From positions 1-47,280 of the forward strand of contig NW_024705409.1 in NCBI RefSeq assembly GCF_018977255.1: a stretch of DNA of 47,280 bases, in the 5' to 3' direction. Both the position numbers and the translations under genes were made by a program. Source of the DNA: Callorhinchus milii. Taxonomy: Eukaryota. How positions within the stretch are numbered: position 1 is the stretch's first letter; each line of letters opens with the position of its first letter. The notes under the pieces are model-generated. The model was not told the DNA's origin. It did no database searches and worked only from the letters and a program-made list of their open reading frames with translations. Below are positions 23,591 through 37,289 of the stretch, in pieces.

Positions 23591-23740
23591 TATACTGTAC
23601 TAGAGGAATCCGATGAGGTGTCAGGGTCGAGATCGAACCCGCGACTTCCTACGTACCAGGCGAGGGAGTTAACATCTCCTAGCCACCGCTGGTCACCGCA
23701 CAAACTTTGCCCCCCTCACCCCACCACCCCCTCCGCTCAG

Positions 23741-23936
23741 ACTAAAGCCGAAGCCCTGGAGTACGTGTGGAGCATCTTGCAGGGCGTGGAGGAGGAGCAG
23801 CAGCAGCAGGAGGAGGAGTCCAGGGGATTTGAGCTGAGGGAGGTGCACAAGGCCAGGATGGCGATGTTCAGGCTGGAGCGCAGAGCTACCGCCTGCAAGG
23901 AGGCCCTGAGGGTGGCGCTCCAGAGGATACATGGAG
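23741..23936 (+). CDS. Paralogous copy of exon B (also 27859-28054, 31923-32118, ~34662-34855 frameshifted, 39038-39233, 43234-43429, 46723-46918)
   Basis: Matches 446-644 except 4 substitutions and one Glu codon fewer; splice sites intact. Confidence 0.5.
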
Positions 23937-23972
23937 GTGCGTAGCCTGCAGCGGTGATTTATATTCACATCG

Positions 23973-25677
23973 CAACTCCACGCTCCCCTCTATTCTCACT
24001 GGAACTCCACGCTCCCCTCTATTCTCACCGGAACTCCACACTCCCCTCTATTCTCACCAGAACTCCACACTCCCCTCTATTCCCACCAGAACTCCACACT
24101 CCCCTCTATTCTCACCAGAACTCCACACTCCCCTCTATTCCCACCAGAACTCCACCCTCCCCTCTATTCTCACCGGAACTCCACACTCCCCTCTATTCCC
24201 ACTGGAACTCCACGCTCCCCTCTATTCTCACCGGAACTCCACACTCCCCTCTATTCCCACCAGAACTCCACACTCCCCTCTATTCTCACCAGAACTCCAC
24301 ACTCCCCTCTATTCCCACCGGAACTCCACACTCCCCTCTATTCCCACCGGAACTCCACACTCCCCTCTATTCCCACCGGAACTCCACATCCCCTTTATTC
24401 CCACCGGAACTCCACACTCCCCTCTATTCCCACCAGAACTCCACACTCCCCTCTATTCTCACCGGAACTCCACACTCCCCTCTATTCCCACCGGAACTCC
24501 ACACTCCCCTCTATTCTCACCGGAACTCCACACTCCCCTCTATTCCCACCGGAACTCCACACTCCCCTCTATTCCCACCAGAACTCCACACTCCCCTCTA
24601 TTCTCACCGGAACTCCACACTCCCCTCTATTCCCACCGGAACTCCACACTCCCCTCTATTCTCACCGGAACTCCACACTCCCCTCTATTCCCACCGGAAC
24701 TCCACACTCCCCTCTATTCTCACCGGAACTCCACACTCCCCTCTATTCCCACCGGAACTCCACACTCCCCTCTATTCCACCGGAACTCCACACTCCCCTC
24801 TATTCTCACCAGAACTCCACACTCCCCTCTATTCCCACCGGAACTCCACACTCCCCTCTATTCTCACCGGAACTCCACACTCCCCTCTATTCTCACCAGA
24901 ACTCCACACTCCCCTCTATTCTCACCGGAACTCCACACTCCCCTCTATTCTCACCGGAACTCCACACTCCCCTCTATTCTCACCAGAACTCCACACTCCC
25001 CTCTATTCCACCGGAACTCCACACTCCCCTCTATTCTCACCGGAACTCCACACTCCCCTCTATTCCCACCAGAACTCCACACTCCCCTCTATTCCCACCG
25101 GAACTCCACACTTCCCTCTATTCCCACCGGAACTCCACACTCCCCTCTATCTCACGGAACTCCACACTCCCCTCTATTCTCACCGGAACTCCACACTCCC
25201 CTCTATTCTCACCGGAACTCCACACTCCCCTCTATTCTCACCAGAACTCCACACTCCCCTCTATTCTCACCAGAACTCCACACTCCCCTCTATTCTCACC
25301 GGAACTCCACACTCCCCTCTATTCTCACCAGAACTCCACACTCCCCTCTATTCTCACCAGAACTCCACGCTCCCCTCTATTCTCACCGGAATTCTACACT
25401 CCCCTCTATTCCACCAGAACTCCACACTCCCCTCTATTCTCACCAGAACTCCACACTCCCCTCTATTCTCACCGGAACTCCACACTCCCCTCTATTCTCA
25501 CCAAACTCCACACTGCCCTCTATTCTCACCAGAACTCCACACTCCCCTCTATTCTCACCGGAATTCTACACTCCCCTCTATTCCCACCAGAACTCCACAC
25601 TCCCCTCTATTCTCACCAGAACTCCACACTCCCCTCTATTCTCACCGGAACTCCACACTCCCCTCTATTCCCACCGG
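23973..25677. repeat. 29-bp minisatellite block of unit 1 (others at ~28090-29757, 32160-32463, 34890-36856, 39270-41056, 43465-44549, 46955-47280)
   Basis: Same unit as 668-3892 but with frequent TATTCCCACC variants. Confidence 0.96.
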
Positions 25678-26108
25678 TTAAATTTCGATTTAAAGCTTTC
25701 GTGACTGCTGGGTTTCATCTTCTTGGTTCTTTCGGTAAAGTCACGTAGAAGGGAAGTAATAAAATAATAAAAATAAAACATAATAAAATAAAATAATTCT
25801 CACGACGTTTCGGCTGCGTGCGTGCGTGTGTTCACGTGTGTTCACGTGTGATCACGTGTGTGCGTGTGTTCACGTGTGTGCGTGTGCTCACGCAGGAGGA
25901 GGCAAGGGGGCTGCTTCACGCTGGGCCACCGTGGGAGAGTCGCACGCGAGGGCAGCTCCCAGCAAGCGCAAGGTCTCTGTGCACAGCGCACGGCACTCCT
26001 CTCGTTACAGCTGCTGCTGTGCTGTTGTCTTTAGTTTGTTGTCCTTCCGCCGCACCTCCCATTAGCGAGGTTGGCTACGTACGGTTACAAAGAAATTCAA
26101 CATACATA

Positions 26109-27708
26109 CAGTGAGGGAAAAAAGTATTTGATCTCCTGCTGATTTTGTACGTTTGCCCACTGACAAATAAATGATCAGTCTATAATTTTAATGGTAGGTT
26201 TATTTGAACAGTGAGAGACAGAATAACAACAACAAAATCCAGAAAAACGCATGTAAATTTTTTTATAAATTGATTTGCATTTTAATGAGGGAAATAAGTA
26301 TTTGACCCCTCTGCAAAACATGACAGTACTTGGTGGCAAAACCCTTGTTGGCAATCACAGAGGTCAGACGTTTCTTGTAGTTGGCCACCAGGTTTGCACA
26401 CATCTCAGGAGGGATTTTGTCCCACTCCTCTTTGCAGATCTTCTCCAAGTCATTAAGGTTTCGAGGCTGACGTTTGGCAACTCGAACCTTCAGCTCCCTC
26501 CATAGATTTTCTATGGGATTAAGGTCTGGAGACTGGCTAGGCCACTCCAGGACCTTAATGTGCTTCTTCTTGAGCCACTCCTTTGTTGCCTTGGCTGTGT
26601 GTTTTGGGTCATTGTCATGCTAGAATACCCATCCACGACCCATTTTCAATGCGCTGGCTGAGGGAAGGAGGTTCTCACCCAAGATTTGACGGTACATGGC
26701 CCCGTCCATCGTCCCTTTGATGCGGTGAAGTTGTCCTGTCCCCTTATCAGAAAAACACCCCCAAAGCATAATGTTTCCACCTCCATGTTTGACGGTGGGG
26801 ATGGTGTTCTTGGGGTCATAGGCAGCATTCCTCCTCCTCCAAACACGGCGAGTTGAGTTGATGCCAAAGAGCTCCATTTTGGTCTCATCTGACCACAACA
26901 CTTTCACCCAGTTGTCCTCTGAATCATTCAGATGTTCATTGGCAAACTTCAGACGGGCATGTATATGTGCTTTCTTGAGCAGGGGGACCTTGCGGGTGCT
27001 ACAGGATTTCAGTCCTTCACAGCGTAGTGTGTTACCAACTGTTTTCTTGGTGACTATGGTCCCAGCTGCCTTGAGATCATTGACAAGATCCTCCCGTGTA
27101 GTTCTGGGCTGATTCCTCACCGTTCTCATGATCATTGCAACTCCACGAGGTGACATCTTGCATGGAGCCCCAGGCCGAGGGAGTATGACAGTTCTTTTGT
27201 GTTTCTTCCATTTGCGAATAATCACACCAATTGTTGTCACGTTCTCACCAAGCTGCTTGGCAATGGCCTTGTAGCCCATTCCAGCCTTGTGTAGGTCTAC
27301 AATCTTGTCCCTGACATCCTTGGAGAGCTCTTTGGTCTTGGCCATGGTGGAGAGTTTGGAATCTAATTGATTGTTTCTGTGAACAGGTGTCTTTTATACA
27401 GGTAACAAGCTGAGATTAGGAGCACTCCCTTTAAGAGTGTGCTCCTAATCTCAGCTCGTTACCTGTATAAAAGACACCTGGGAGCCAGAAATCTTTATGA
27501 TTGAGAGGGGGTCAAATACGTATTTCCCTCATTAAAATGCAATTCACTTGATAACATTTTTGACATGCGTTTTTTTGGATTTTGTTGTTGTTATTCTGTC
27601 TCTCACTGTTCAAATAAACCTACCGTTCAAATTATAGACTGATCACTTCTTTGTCAGTGGGCAAACGTACAAAATCAGCAGGGGATCAAATACTTTTTTC
27701 CCTTACTG
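26109..27708 (-). mobile_element. Tc1 copy, unit 2
   Basis: Same termini, flanks and TAG stop as unit 1. Confidence 0.95.
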
Positions 27709-30182
27709 TATACTGTACTAGAGGAATCCGATGAGGTGTCAGGGTCGAGATCGAACCCGCGACTTCCTACGTACCAGGCGAGGGAGTTAACATCTCCTAG
27801 CCACCGCTGGTCACCGCACAAACTTTGCCCCCCTCACCCCACCACCCCCTCCGCTCAGACTAAAGCCGAAGCCCTGGAGTACGTGTGGAGCATCTTGCAG
27901 GGCGTGGAGGAGGAGCAGCAGCAGCAGGAGGAGGAGTCCAGGGGATTTGAGCTGAGGGAGGTGCACAAGGCCAGGATGGCGATGTTCAGGCTGGAGCGCA
28001 GAGCTACCGCCTGCAAGGAGGCCCTGAGGGTGGCGCTCCAGAGGATACATGGAGGTGCGTAGCCTGCAGCGGTGATTTATATTCACATCGCAACTCCACG
28101 CTCCCCTCTATTCTCACTGGAACTCCACGCTCCCCTCTATTCTCACCGGAACTCCACACTCCCCTCTATTCTCACCAGAACTCCACACTCCCCTCTATTC
28201 TCACCAGAACTCCACACTCCCCTCTATTCTCACCAGAACTCCACACTCCCCTCTATTCCCACCAGAACTCCACCCTCCCCTCTATTCTCACCGGAACTCC
28301 ACACTCCCTCCCACCAGAACTCCACGCTCCCCTCTATTCTCACCGGAACTCCACACTCCCCTCTATTCCCACTGGAACTCCACGCTCCCCTCTATTCTCA
28401 CCGGAACTCCACACTCCCCTCTATTCCCACCAGAACTCCACACTCCCCTCTATTCTCACCAGAACTCCACACTCCCCTCTATTCCCACCGGAACTCCACA
28501 CTCCCCTCTATTCCCACCGGAACTCCACACTCCCCTCTATTCCCACCGGAACTCCACACTCCCCTCTATTCCCACCGGAACTCCACACTCCCCTCTATTC
28601 CCACCAGAACTCCACACTCCCCTCTATTCTCACCGGAACTCCACACTCCCCTCTATTCCACCGGAACTCCACACTCCCCTCTATTCTCACCGGAACTCCA
28701 CACTCCCCTCTATTCCCACCGGAACTCCACACTCCCCTCTATTCCCACCAGAACTCCACACTCCCTCTATTCTCACCGGAACTCCACACTCCCCTCTATT
28801 CCCACCGGAACTCCACACTCCCCTCTATTCTCACCGGAACTCCACACTCCCCTCTATTCTCACCGGAACTCCACACTCCCCTCTATTCTCACCGGAACTC
28901 CACACTCCCCTCTATTCCACCGGAACTCCACACTCCCCTCTATTCTCCACCGGAACTCCACACTCCCCTCTATTCTCACCAGAACTCCACACTCCCCTCT
29001 ATTCCCACCGGAACTCCACACTCCCCTCTATTCTCACCGGAACTCCACACTCCCCTCTATTCTCACCAGAACTCCACACTCCCCTCTATTCTCACCGGAA
29101 CTCCACACTCCCCTCTATTCCAACAGAACTCCACACTCCCCTCTATTCTCACCGGAACTCCACACTCCCCTCTATTCTCACCGGAACTCCACACTCCCCT
29201 CTATTCCACCGGAACTCCACACTCCCCTCTATTCCCACCAGAACTCCACACTCCCCTCTATTCCCACCGGAACTCCACACTCCCCTCTATTCTCCACCAG
29301 AACTCCACACTCCCCTCTATTCTCACCAGAACTCCACACTCCCCTCTATTCTCACCGGAACTCCACACTCCCCTCTATTCTCACCAGAACTCCACACTCC
29401 CCTCTATTCTCACCAGAACTCCACGCTCCCCTCTATTCTCACCGGAATTCCACACTCCCCTCTATTCCACCAGAACTCCACACTCCCCTCTATTCTCACC
29501 AGAACTCCACACTCCCCTCTATTCCCGAACTCCACACTCTCCTCTATCCACCGGAACTCCACACTCCCCTCTATTCTCACCAGAACTCCACACTGCCCTC
29601 TATTCTCACCAGAACTCCACACTCCCCTCTATTCTCACCGGAACTCCACACTCCCCTCTATTCCCACCAGAACTCCACACTCCCCTCTATTCTCACCAGA
29701 ACTCCACACTCCCCTCTATTCTCACCGGAACTCCACACTCCCCTCTATTCCCACCGGTTAATTTCGATTTAAAGCTTTCGTGACTGCTGGGTTTCATCTT
29801 CTTGGTTCTTTCGGTAAAGTCACGTAGAAGGGAAGTAATAAAATTATAAAAATAAAACATAATAAAATAAAATAATTCTCACGACGTTTCGGCTGCGTGC
29901 GTGCGTGTGTTCACGTGTGTTCACGTGTGATCACGTGTGTGCGTGTGTTCACGTGTGTGCGTGTGCTCACGCAGGAGGAGGCAAGGGGGCTGCTTCACGC
30001 TGGGCCACCGTGGGAGAGTCGCACGCGAGGGCAGCTCCCAGCAAGCGCAAGGTCTCTGTGCACAGCGCACGGCACTCCTCTCGTTACAGCTGCTGCTGTT
30101 GTCTTTAGTTTGTTGTCCTTCCGCCGCACCTCCCATTAGCGAGGTTGGCTACGTACGGTTACAAAGAAATTCAACATACATA

Positions 30183-31772
30183 CAGTGAGGGAAAAAAGTA
30201 TTTGATCTCCTGCTGATTTGTACGTTTGCCCACTGACAAATAAATGATCAGTCTATAATTTTAATGGTAGGTTTATTTGAACAGTGAGAGACAGAATAAC
30301 AACAACAAAATCCAGAAAAACGCATGTAAATTTTTTATAAATTGATTTGCATTTAATGAGGGAAATAAGTATTGACCCCTCTGCAAAACATGACAGTACT
30401 TTGGTGGCAAAACCCTTGTTGGCAATCACAGAGGTCAGACGTTTCTTGTAGTTGGCCACCAGGTTTGCACACATCTCAGGAGGGATTTTGTCCCACTCCT
30501 CTTTGCAGATCTTCTCCAAGTCATTAAGGTTTCGAGGCTGACGTTTGGCAACTCGAACCTTCAGCTCCCTCCATAGATTTTCTATGGGATTAAGGTCTGG
30601 AGACTGGCTAGGCCACTCCAGACCTTAATGTGCTTCTCTTTGAGCCACTCCTTTGTTGCCTTGGCTGTGTGTTTTGGGTCATTGTCATGCTAGAATACCC
30701 ATCCACGACCCATTTTCAATGCGCTGGCTGAGGGAAGGAGGTTCTCACCCAAGATTTGACGGTACATGGCCCCGTCCATCGTCCCTTTGATGCGGTGAAG
30801 TTGTCCTGTCCCCTATCAGAAAACACCCCCAAAGCATAATGTTTCCACTCCATGTTTGACGGTGGGGATGGGTTCTTGGGGTCATAGGCAGCATTCCTCC
30901 TCCTCCAAACACGGCGAGTTGAGTTGATGCCAAAGAGCTCCATTTTGGTCTCATCTGACACAACACTTTCACCCAGTTGTCCTCTGAATCATTCAGATGT
31001 TCATTGGCAAACTTCAGACGGGCATGTATATGTGCTTTCTTGAGCAGGGGGACCTTGCGGGTGCTACAGGATTTCAGTCCTTCACAGCGTAGTGTGTTAC
31101 CAACTGTTTTCTTGGTGACTATGGTCCCAGCTGCCTTGAGATCATTGACAAGATCCTCCCGTGTAGTTCTGGGCTGATTCCTCACCGTTCTCATGATCAT
31201 TGCAACTCCACGAGGTGACATCTTGCATGGAGCCCCAGGCCGAGGGAGTATGACAGTTCTTTTGTGTTTCTTCCATTTGCGAATAATCACACCAATTGTT
31301 GTCACGTTCTCACCAAGCTGCTTGGCAATGGCCTTGTAGCCCATTCCAGCCTTGTGTAGGTCTACAATCTTGTCCCCTGACATCCTTGGAGAGCTCTTTG
31401 GTCTGGCCATGGTGGAGAGTTTGGAATCTAATTGATTGTTTCTGTGAACAGGTGTCTTTTATACAGGTAACAAGCTGAGATTAGGAGCACTCCCTTTAAG
31501 AGTGTGCTCCTAATCTCAGCTCGTTACCTGTATAAAAGACACCTGGGAGCCAGAAATCTTTATGATTGAGAGGGGGTCAAATACGTATTTTCCCTCATTA
31601 AAATGCAATTCACTTGATAACATTTTGACATGCGTTTTTTTGGATTTTGTTGTTGTTATTCTGTCTCTCACTGTTCAAATAAACCTACCGTTCAAATTAT
31701 AGACTGATCACTTCTTTGTCAGTGGGCAAACGTACAAAATCAGCAGGGGATCAATACTTTTTTCCCTTACTG
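30183..31772 (-). mobile_element. Tc1 copy, unit 3 (extra 1-bp indels)
   Basis: Same termini, flanks and TAG stop. Confidence 0.93.
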
Positions 31773-32914
31773 TATACTGTACTAGAGGAATCCGATGAGG
31801 TGTCAGGGTCGAGATCGAACCCGCGACTTCCTACGTACCAGGCGAGGGAGTTAACATCTCCTAGCCACCGCTGGTCACCGCACAAACTTTGCCCCCCTCA
31901 CCCCACCACCCCCTCCGCTCAGACTAAAGCCGAAGCCCTGGAGTACGTGTGGAGCATCTTGCAGGGCGTGGAGGAGGAGCAGCAGCAGCAGGAGGAGGAG
32001 TCCAGGGGATTTGAGCTGAGGGAGGTGCACAAGGCCAGGATGGCGATGTTCAGGCTGGAGCGCAGAGCTACCGCCTGCAAGGAGGCCCTGAGGGTGGCGC
32101 TCCAGAGGATACATGGAGGTGCGTAGCCTGCAGCGGTGATTTATATTCACATTCGCAAACTCCACGCTCTTTTTTTCCCTCTATTCTCACTGGAAACTCC
32201 ACGCTCCACCCTCTATTCTCTATCCACCGAGAACTCCCACCACTGGCCCTCCTCTATTCTCACCAGTACACTCCATCTACCGTCCCCCTCTATTCCCACC
32301 GGTAATTCTATCCACTCCCTCTCTATTTCCCCACCACAGAACTCCCACCACTCCCCTCTATTCTCATTCCAGGAATATCTCACCAGACCACTTCCACACT
32401 CCCCCCCTCTATTCTCCACACCACTGAACTCCACAACTCCCCCCGCTCTCCTATTCGCCACCTGGGTTTACAATTTTTTTCCGATATTAAAGCTTTCGTG
32501 ACTGCTGGGTTTTTCATCTTCTTGGTTCTTTCGGTAAAGTCACGTAGAAAGGGAAGTAATAAAATTATAAAAATAAAACATAATAAAATAAAATAATTCT
32601 CACCGAACGTTTCCGGCTGCCGTGCGTGCGATGTGCTGGTTCACGGTGTGTTCAACGTGTGATCACGTGTGTGCGTGTGTTCACGTGTGTGCGTGTGCTC
32701 ACGCAGGAGGAGGCAAGGGGCTGCTTCACGCTGGGCCACCGTGGGAGAGTCGCACGCGAGGGCAGCTCCAGCAAGCGCAAGGTCTCTGTGCACAGCGCAC
32801 GGCACTCCTCTCGTTACAGCTGGCTGCTGTTTGTCTTTAGTTTGTTGTCCTTCCGCCGCACCTCCCATTAGCGAGGTTGGCTACGTACGGTTACAAAGAA
32901 ATTCAACATACATA

Positions 32915-34510
32915 CAGTGAGGGAAAAAAGTATTTGATCTCCTGCTGATTTTGTACGTTTGCCCACTGACAAATAATGATCAGTCTATAATTTTAATGGT
33001 AGGTTTATTTGAACAGTGAGAGACAGAATAACAACAACAAAATCCAGAAAAACGCATGTAAATTTTTTTATAAATTGATTTGCATTTTAATGAGGGAAAT
33101 AAGTATTGACCCCTCTGCAAAACATGACAGTACTTGGTGGCAAAACCCTTGTTGGCAATCACAGAGGTCAGACGTTTCTTGTAGTTGGCCACCAGGTTTG
33201 CACACATCTCAGGAGGGATTTTGTCCCACTCCTCTTTGCAGATCTTCTCCAAGTCATTAAGGTTTCGAGGCTGACGTTTGGCAACTCGAACCTTCAGCTC
33301 CCTCCATAGATTTTCTATGGGATTAAGGTCTGGAGACTGGCTAGGCCACTCCAGGACCTTAATGTGCTTCTTCTTGAGCCACTCCTTTGTTGCCTTGGCT
33401 GTGTGTTTTGGGTCATTGTCATGCTAGAATACCCATCCACGACCCATTTTCAATGCGCTGGCTGAGGGAAGGAGGTTCTCACCCAAGATTTGACGGTACA
33501 TGGCCCCGTCCATCGTCCCTTTGATGCGGTGAAGTTGTCCTGTCCCTTATCAGAAAAACACCCCCAAAGCATAATGTTTCCACCTCCATGTTTGACGGTG
33601 GGGATGGTGTTCTTGGGGTCATAGGCAGCATTCCTCCTCCTCCAAACACGGCGAGTTGAGTTGATGCCAAAGAGCTCCATTTTGGTCTCATCTGACCACA
33701 ACACTTTCACCCAGTTGTCCTCTGAAATCATTCAGATGTTCATTGGCAAACTTCAGACGGGCATGTATATGTGCTTTCTTGAGCAGGGGGACCTTGCGGG
33801 TGCTACAGGATTTCAGTCCTTCACAGCGTAGTGTGTTACCAACTGTTTCTTGGTGACTATGGTCCCAGCTGCCTTGAGATCATTGACAAGATCCTCCCGT
33901 GTAGTTCTGGGCTGATTCCTCACCGTTCTCATGATCATTGCAACTCCACGAGGTGACATCTTGCATGGAGCCCCAGGCCGAGGGAGTATGACAGTTCTTT
34001 TGTGTTTCTTCCATTTGCGAATAATCACACCAATTGTTGTCACGTTCTCACCAAGCTGCTTGGCAATGGCCTTGTAGCCCATTCCAGCCTTGTGTAGGTC
34101 TACAATCTTGTCCCTGACATCCTTGGAGAGCTCTTTGGTCTTGGCCATGGTGGAGAGTTTGGAATCTAATTGATTGTTTCTGTGAACAGGTGTCTTTTAT
34201 ACAGGTAACAAGCTGAGATTAGGGCACTCCCTTTAAGAGTGTGCTCCTAATCTCAGCTCGTTACTGTATAAAAGACACCTGGGAGCCAGAAATCTTTATG
34301 ATTGAGAGGGGGTCAAATACGTATTTCCCTCATTAAAATGCCAATTCACTTGATAACATTTTTGACATGCGTTTTTTTGGATTTTGTTGTTGTTATTCTG
34401 TCTCTCACTGTTCAAATAAACCTACCGTTCAAATTATAGACTGATCACTTCTTTGTCAGTGGGCAAACGTACAAAATCAGCAGGGGATCAAATACTTTTT
34501 TCCCTTACTG
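32915..34510 (-). mobile_element. Tc1 copy, unit 4 (extra 1-bp indels)
   Basis: Same termini, flanks and TAG stop. Confidence 0.93.
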
Positions 34511-37289
34511 TATACTGTACTAGAGGAATCCGATGAGGTGTCAGGGTCGAGATCGAACCCGCGACTTCCTACGTACCAGGCGAGGGAGTTAACATCTCCT
34601 AGCCACCGCTGGTCACCGCACAAAACTTTGCCCCCCTCACCCCACCACCCCCTCCGCTCAGACTAAAGCCGAAGCCCTGGAGTACGTGTGGAGCATCTTG
34701 CAGGGCGTGGAGGAGGAGCAGCAGCAGCAGGAGGAGGAGTCCAGGGGATTTGAGCTGAGGGAGGTGCACAAGGCCAGATGGCGATGTTCAGGCTGGAGCG
34801 CAGAGCTACGCCTGCAAGGAGGCCCTGAGGGTGGTGCTCCAGAGGATACATGGAGGTGCGTAGCCTGCAGCGGTGATTTATATTCACATCGCAACTCCAC
34901 GCTTCCCTCTATTCTCACTGGAACTCCACGCTCCCCTCTATTCTCACCAGAACTCCACACTCCCCTCTATTCTCACCAGAACTCCACACTCCCCCATCCC
35001 CACCGAACTCCCACACTCCTCTATTCTCCATCCGGAACTCCACACTTCCCGCTCCTATTCCCACCGGAACTCCCACACAATCCCCTCTTATTCTCACCAG
35101 AACTCCACACTCCCCTCTATTCCCACCGAACTCCACCTCCCCCATCCACCGACTCCACACCTCTATCTCCCCCGAACTCCACACTCCCCTCATTCTCACC
35201 AGAACTCCACCACTCCCCTCTATTCCACCACAGAACTCCACACTCCCCTCTATTCTCACCAGAAACTCCCCCACTCCACACTTCCCCTCCTATTCCACCA
35301 GAACTCCACCCTCCCCTCTATTCTCACCGGAACTTCCACACTCTCCTCTATTTCCACCAGAACTCCACACTCCCCTCTATTCTCACCGGAACTCCACACC
35401 ATTCCCCCTCTATTCCCACCGGAACTCCACACTCCCCTCTATTCTCACCGGAACTCCACACCTCCCCTTCTTATTCCCACCAGAACTCCACACTCCCCCT
35501 TATTCTCACCAGAACTCCACACTCCCCTCTCCCCCTCCCATCCCCTCACCACCGGAACTCCACACTCCCCTCTATTCCACCAGGAACTCCACACTCCCCT
35601 CTATTCCCACCGGAACTCCACACTCCCCTCTATTCCACGGAACTCCCCACTCCCCTCTATTCTCACCGAACTCCACACTCCCCTCTATTCCCACCGAACT
35701 CCACACTCCCCTCTATCCCCAGAACTCCACACTCCCCTCTATTCTCACCGGAACTCCACACTCCCCTCTATTCCCACCGGAACTCCACACTCCCCTCTAT
35801 TCCCACCCGAACTCCACATCCCCTCTATTCCCACCGGAACTCCACACTCCCCTCATTCCCACCAGAACTCCACACTCCCCTCTATTCTCACCGGAACTCC
35901 ACACTCCCCTCTATTCCCACCGGAACTCCACACTCCCTCTATTCTCACCGAACTCCACACTCCCTCTATTCCCACCGGAACTCCACACTCCCCTCTTTCC
36001 CCCCTCCCACTCCCCTCTATTCTCACCGAACCCACCCCCCTATCCCACCAAACCCCCCCACTCCGGAATAACTCTCTATCTGAACTCCCACTCTATTCTC
36101 ACGGAACTCCTACACTCCCCTCTATTCTCACCGAACTCCACACTCCCCTTATTCCAACCCGGAACTCCACACTCCCCTCTATTCTCACCCGAAACTCCAC
36201 CAGCTTCCCCTCTATTCCCACCAGAACTCCACCACTCCCCTCTATTCCCACCGGAACTCCACACTCCCCTCTATTGTTCCACCAGGAACTCCACACTCCC
36301 CTCTATTTCCCCACCCGGAACTCCACACTTCCCTTATTCCCACCGGAACTCCACACTCCCCTCTATACTCACCGGAACTCCACACTCCCCTCTATTCTCA
36401 CCGGAACTCCACACTCCCCTCTATTCTCACCGGAATCCACACTCCCCTCTATTCTCACCAGAACTCCACACTCCCCTCTATTCTCACCAGAACTCCACGC
36501 TCCCCTCTATTCTCACCGGAACTCCACACTCCCCTCTATTCTCACCAGAACTCCACACTCCCCTCTATTCTCACCAGAACTCCACGCTCCCCTCTATTCT
36601 CACCGGAATTCTACACTCCCCTCTATTCCCACCAGAACTCCACACTCCCCTCTATTTCACCAGAACTCCACACTCCCCTCTATTCTCACCGAACTCCACA
36701 CCCCCTCGCCCCCCCCCCCCCCCCCCCCCTCCCTCATTCCACCGGATTCTACACTCCCTCTATTCCACCAGAACTCCACACTCCCCTCTATTCTCACCAG
36801 AACTCCACACTCCCTCTATTCTCACCGGAACTCCAACTCCCCTCTATTCCCACCGGTTTAAATTTCGATTTAAAGCTTTCGTGACTGCTGGGTTTCATCT
36901 TCTTGGTTCTTTCGGTAAAGTCACGTAGAAGGGAAGTAATAAAATTATAAAAATAAAACATAATAAAATAAAATAATTCTCACGACGTTTCGGCTGCGTG
37001 CGTGCGTGTGTTCACGTGTGTTCACGTGTGATCACGTGTGTGCGTGTGTTCACGTGTGTGCGTGTGCTCACGCAGGAGGAGGCAAGGGGGCTGCTTCACG
37101 CTGGGCCACCGTGGGAGAGTCGCACGCGAGGGCAGCTCCCAGCAAGCGCAAGGTCTCTGTGCACAGCGCACGGCACTCCTCTCGTTACAGCTGCTGCTGC
37201 TGCTGTTGTCTTTAGTTTGTTGTCCTTCCGCCGCACCTCCCATTAGCGAGGTTGGCTACGTACGGTTACAAAGAAATTCAACATACATA

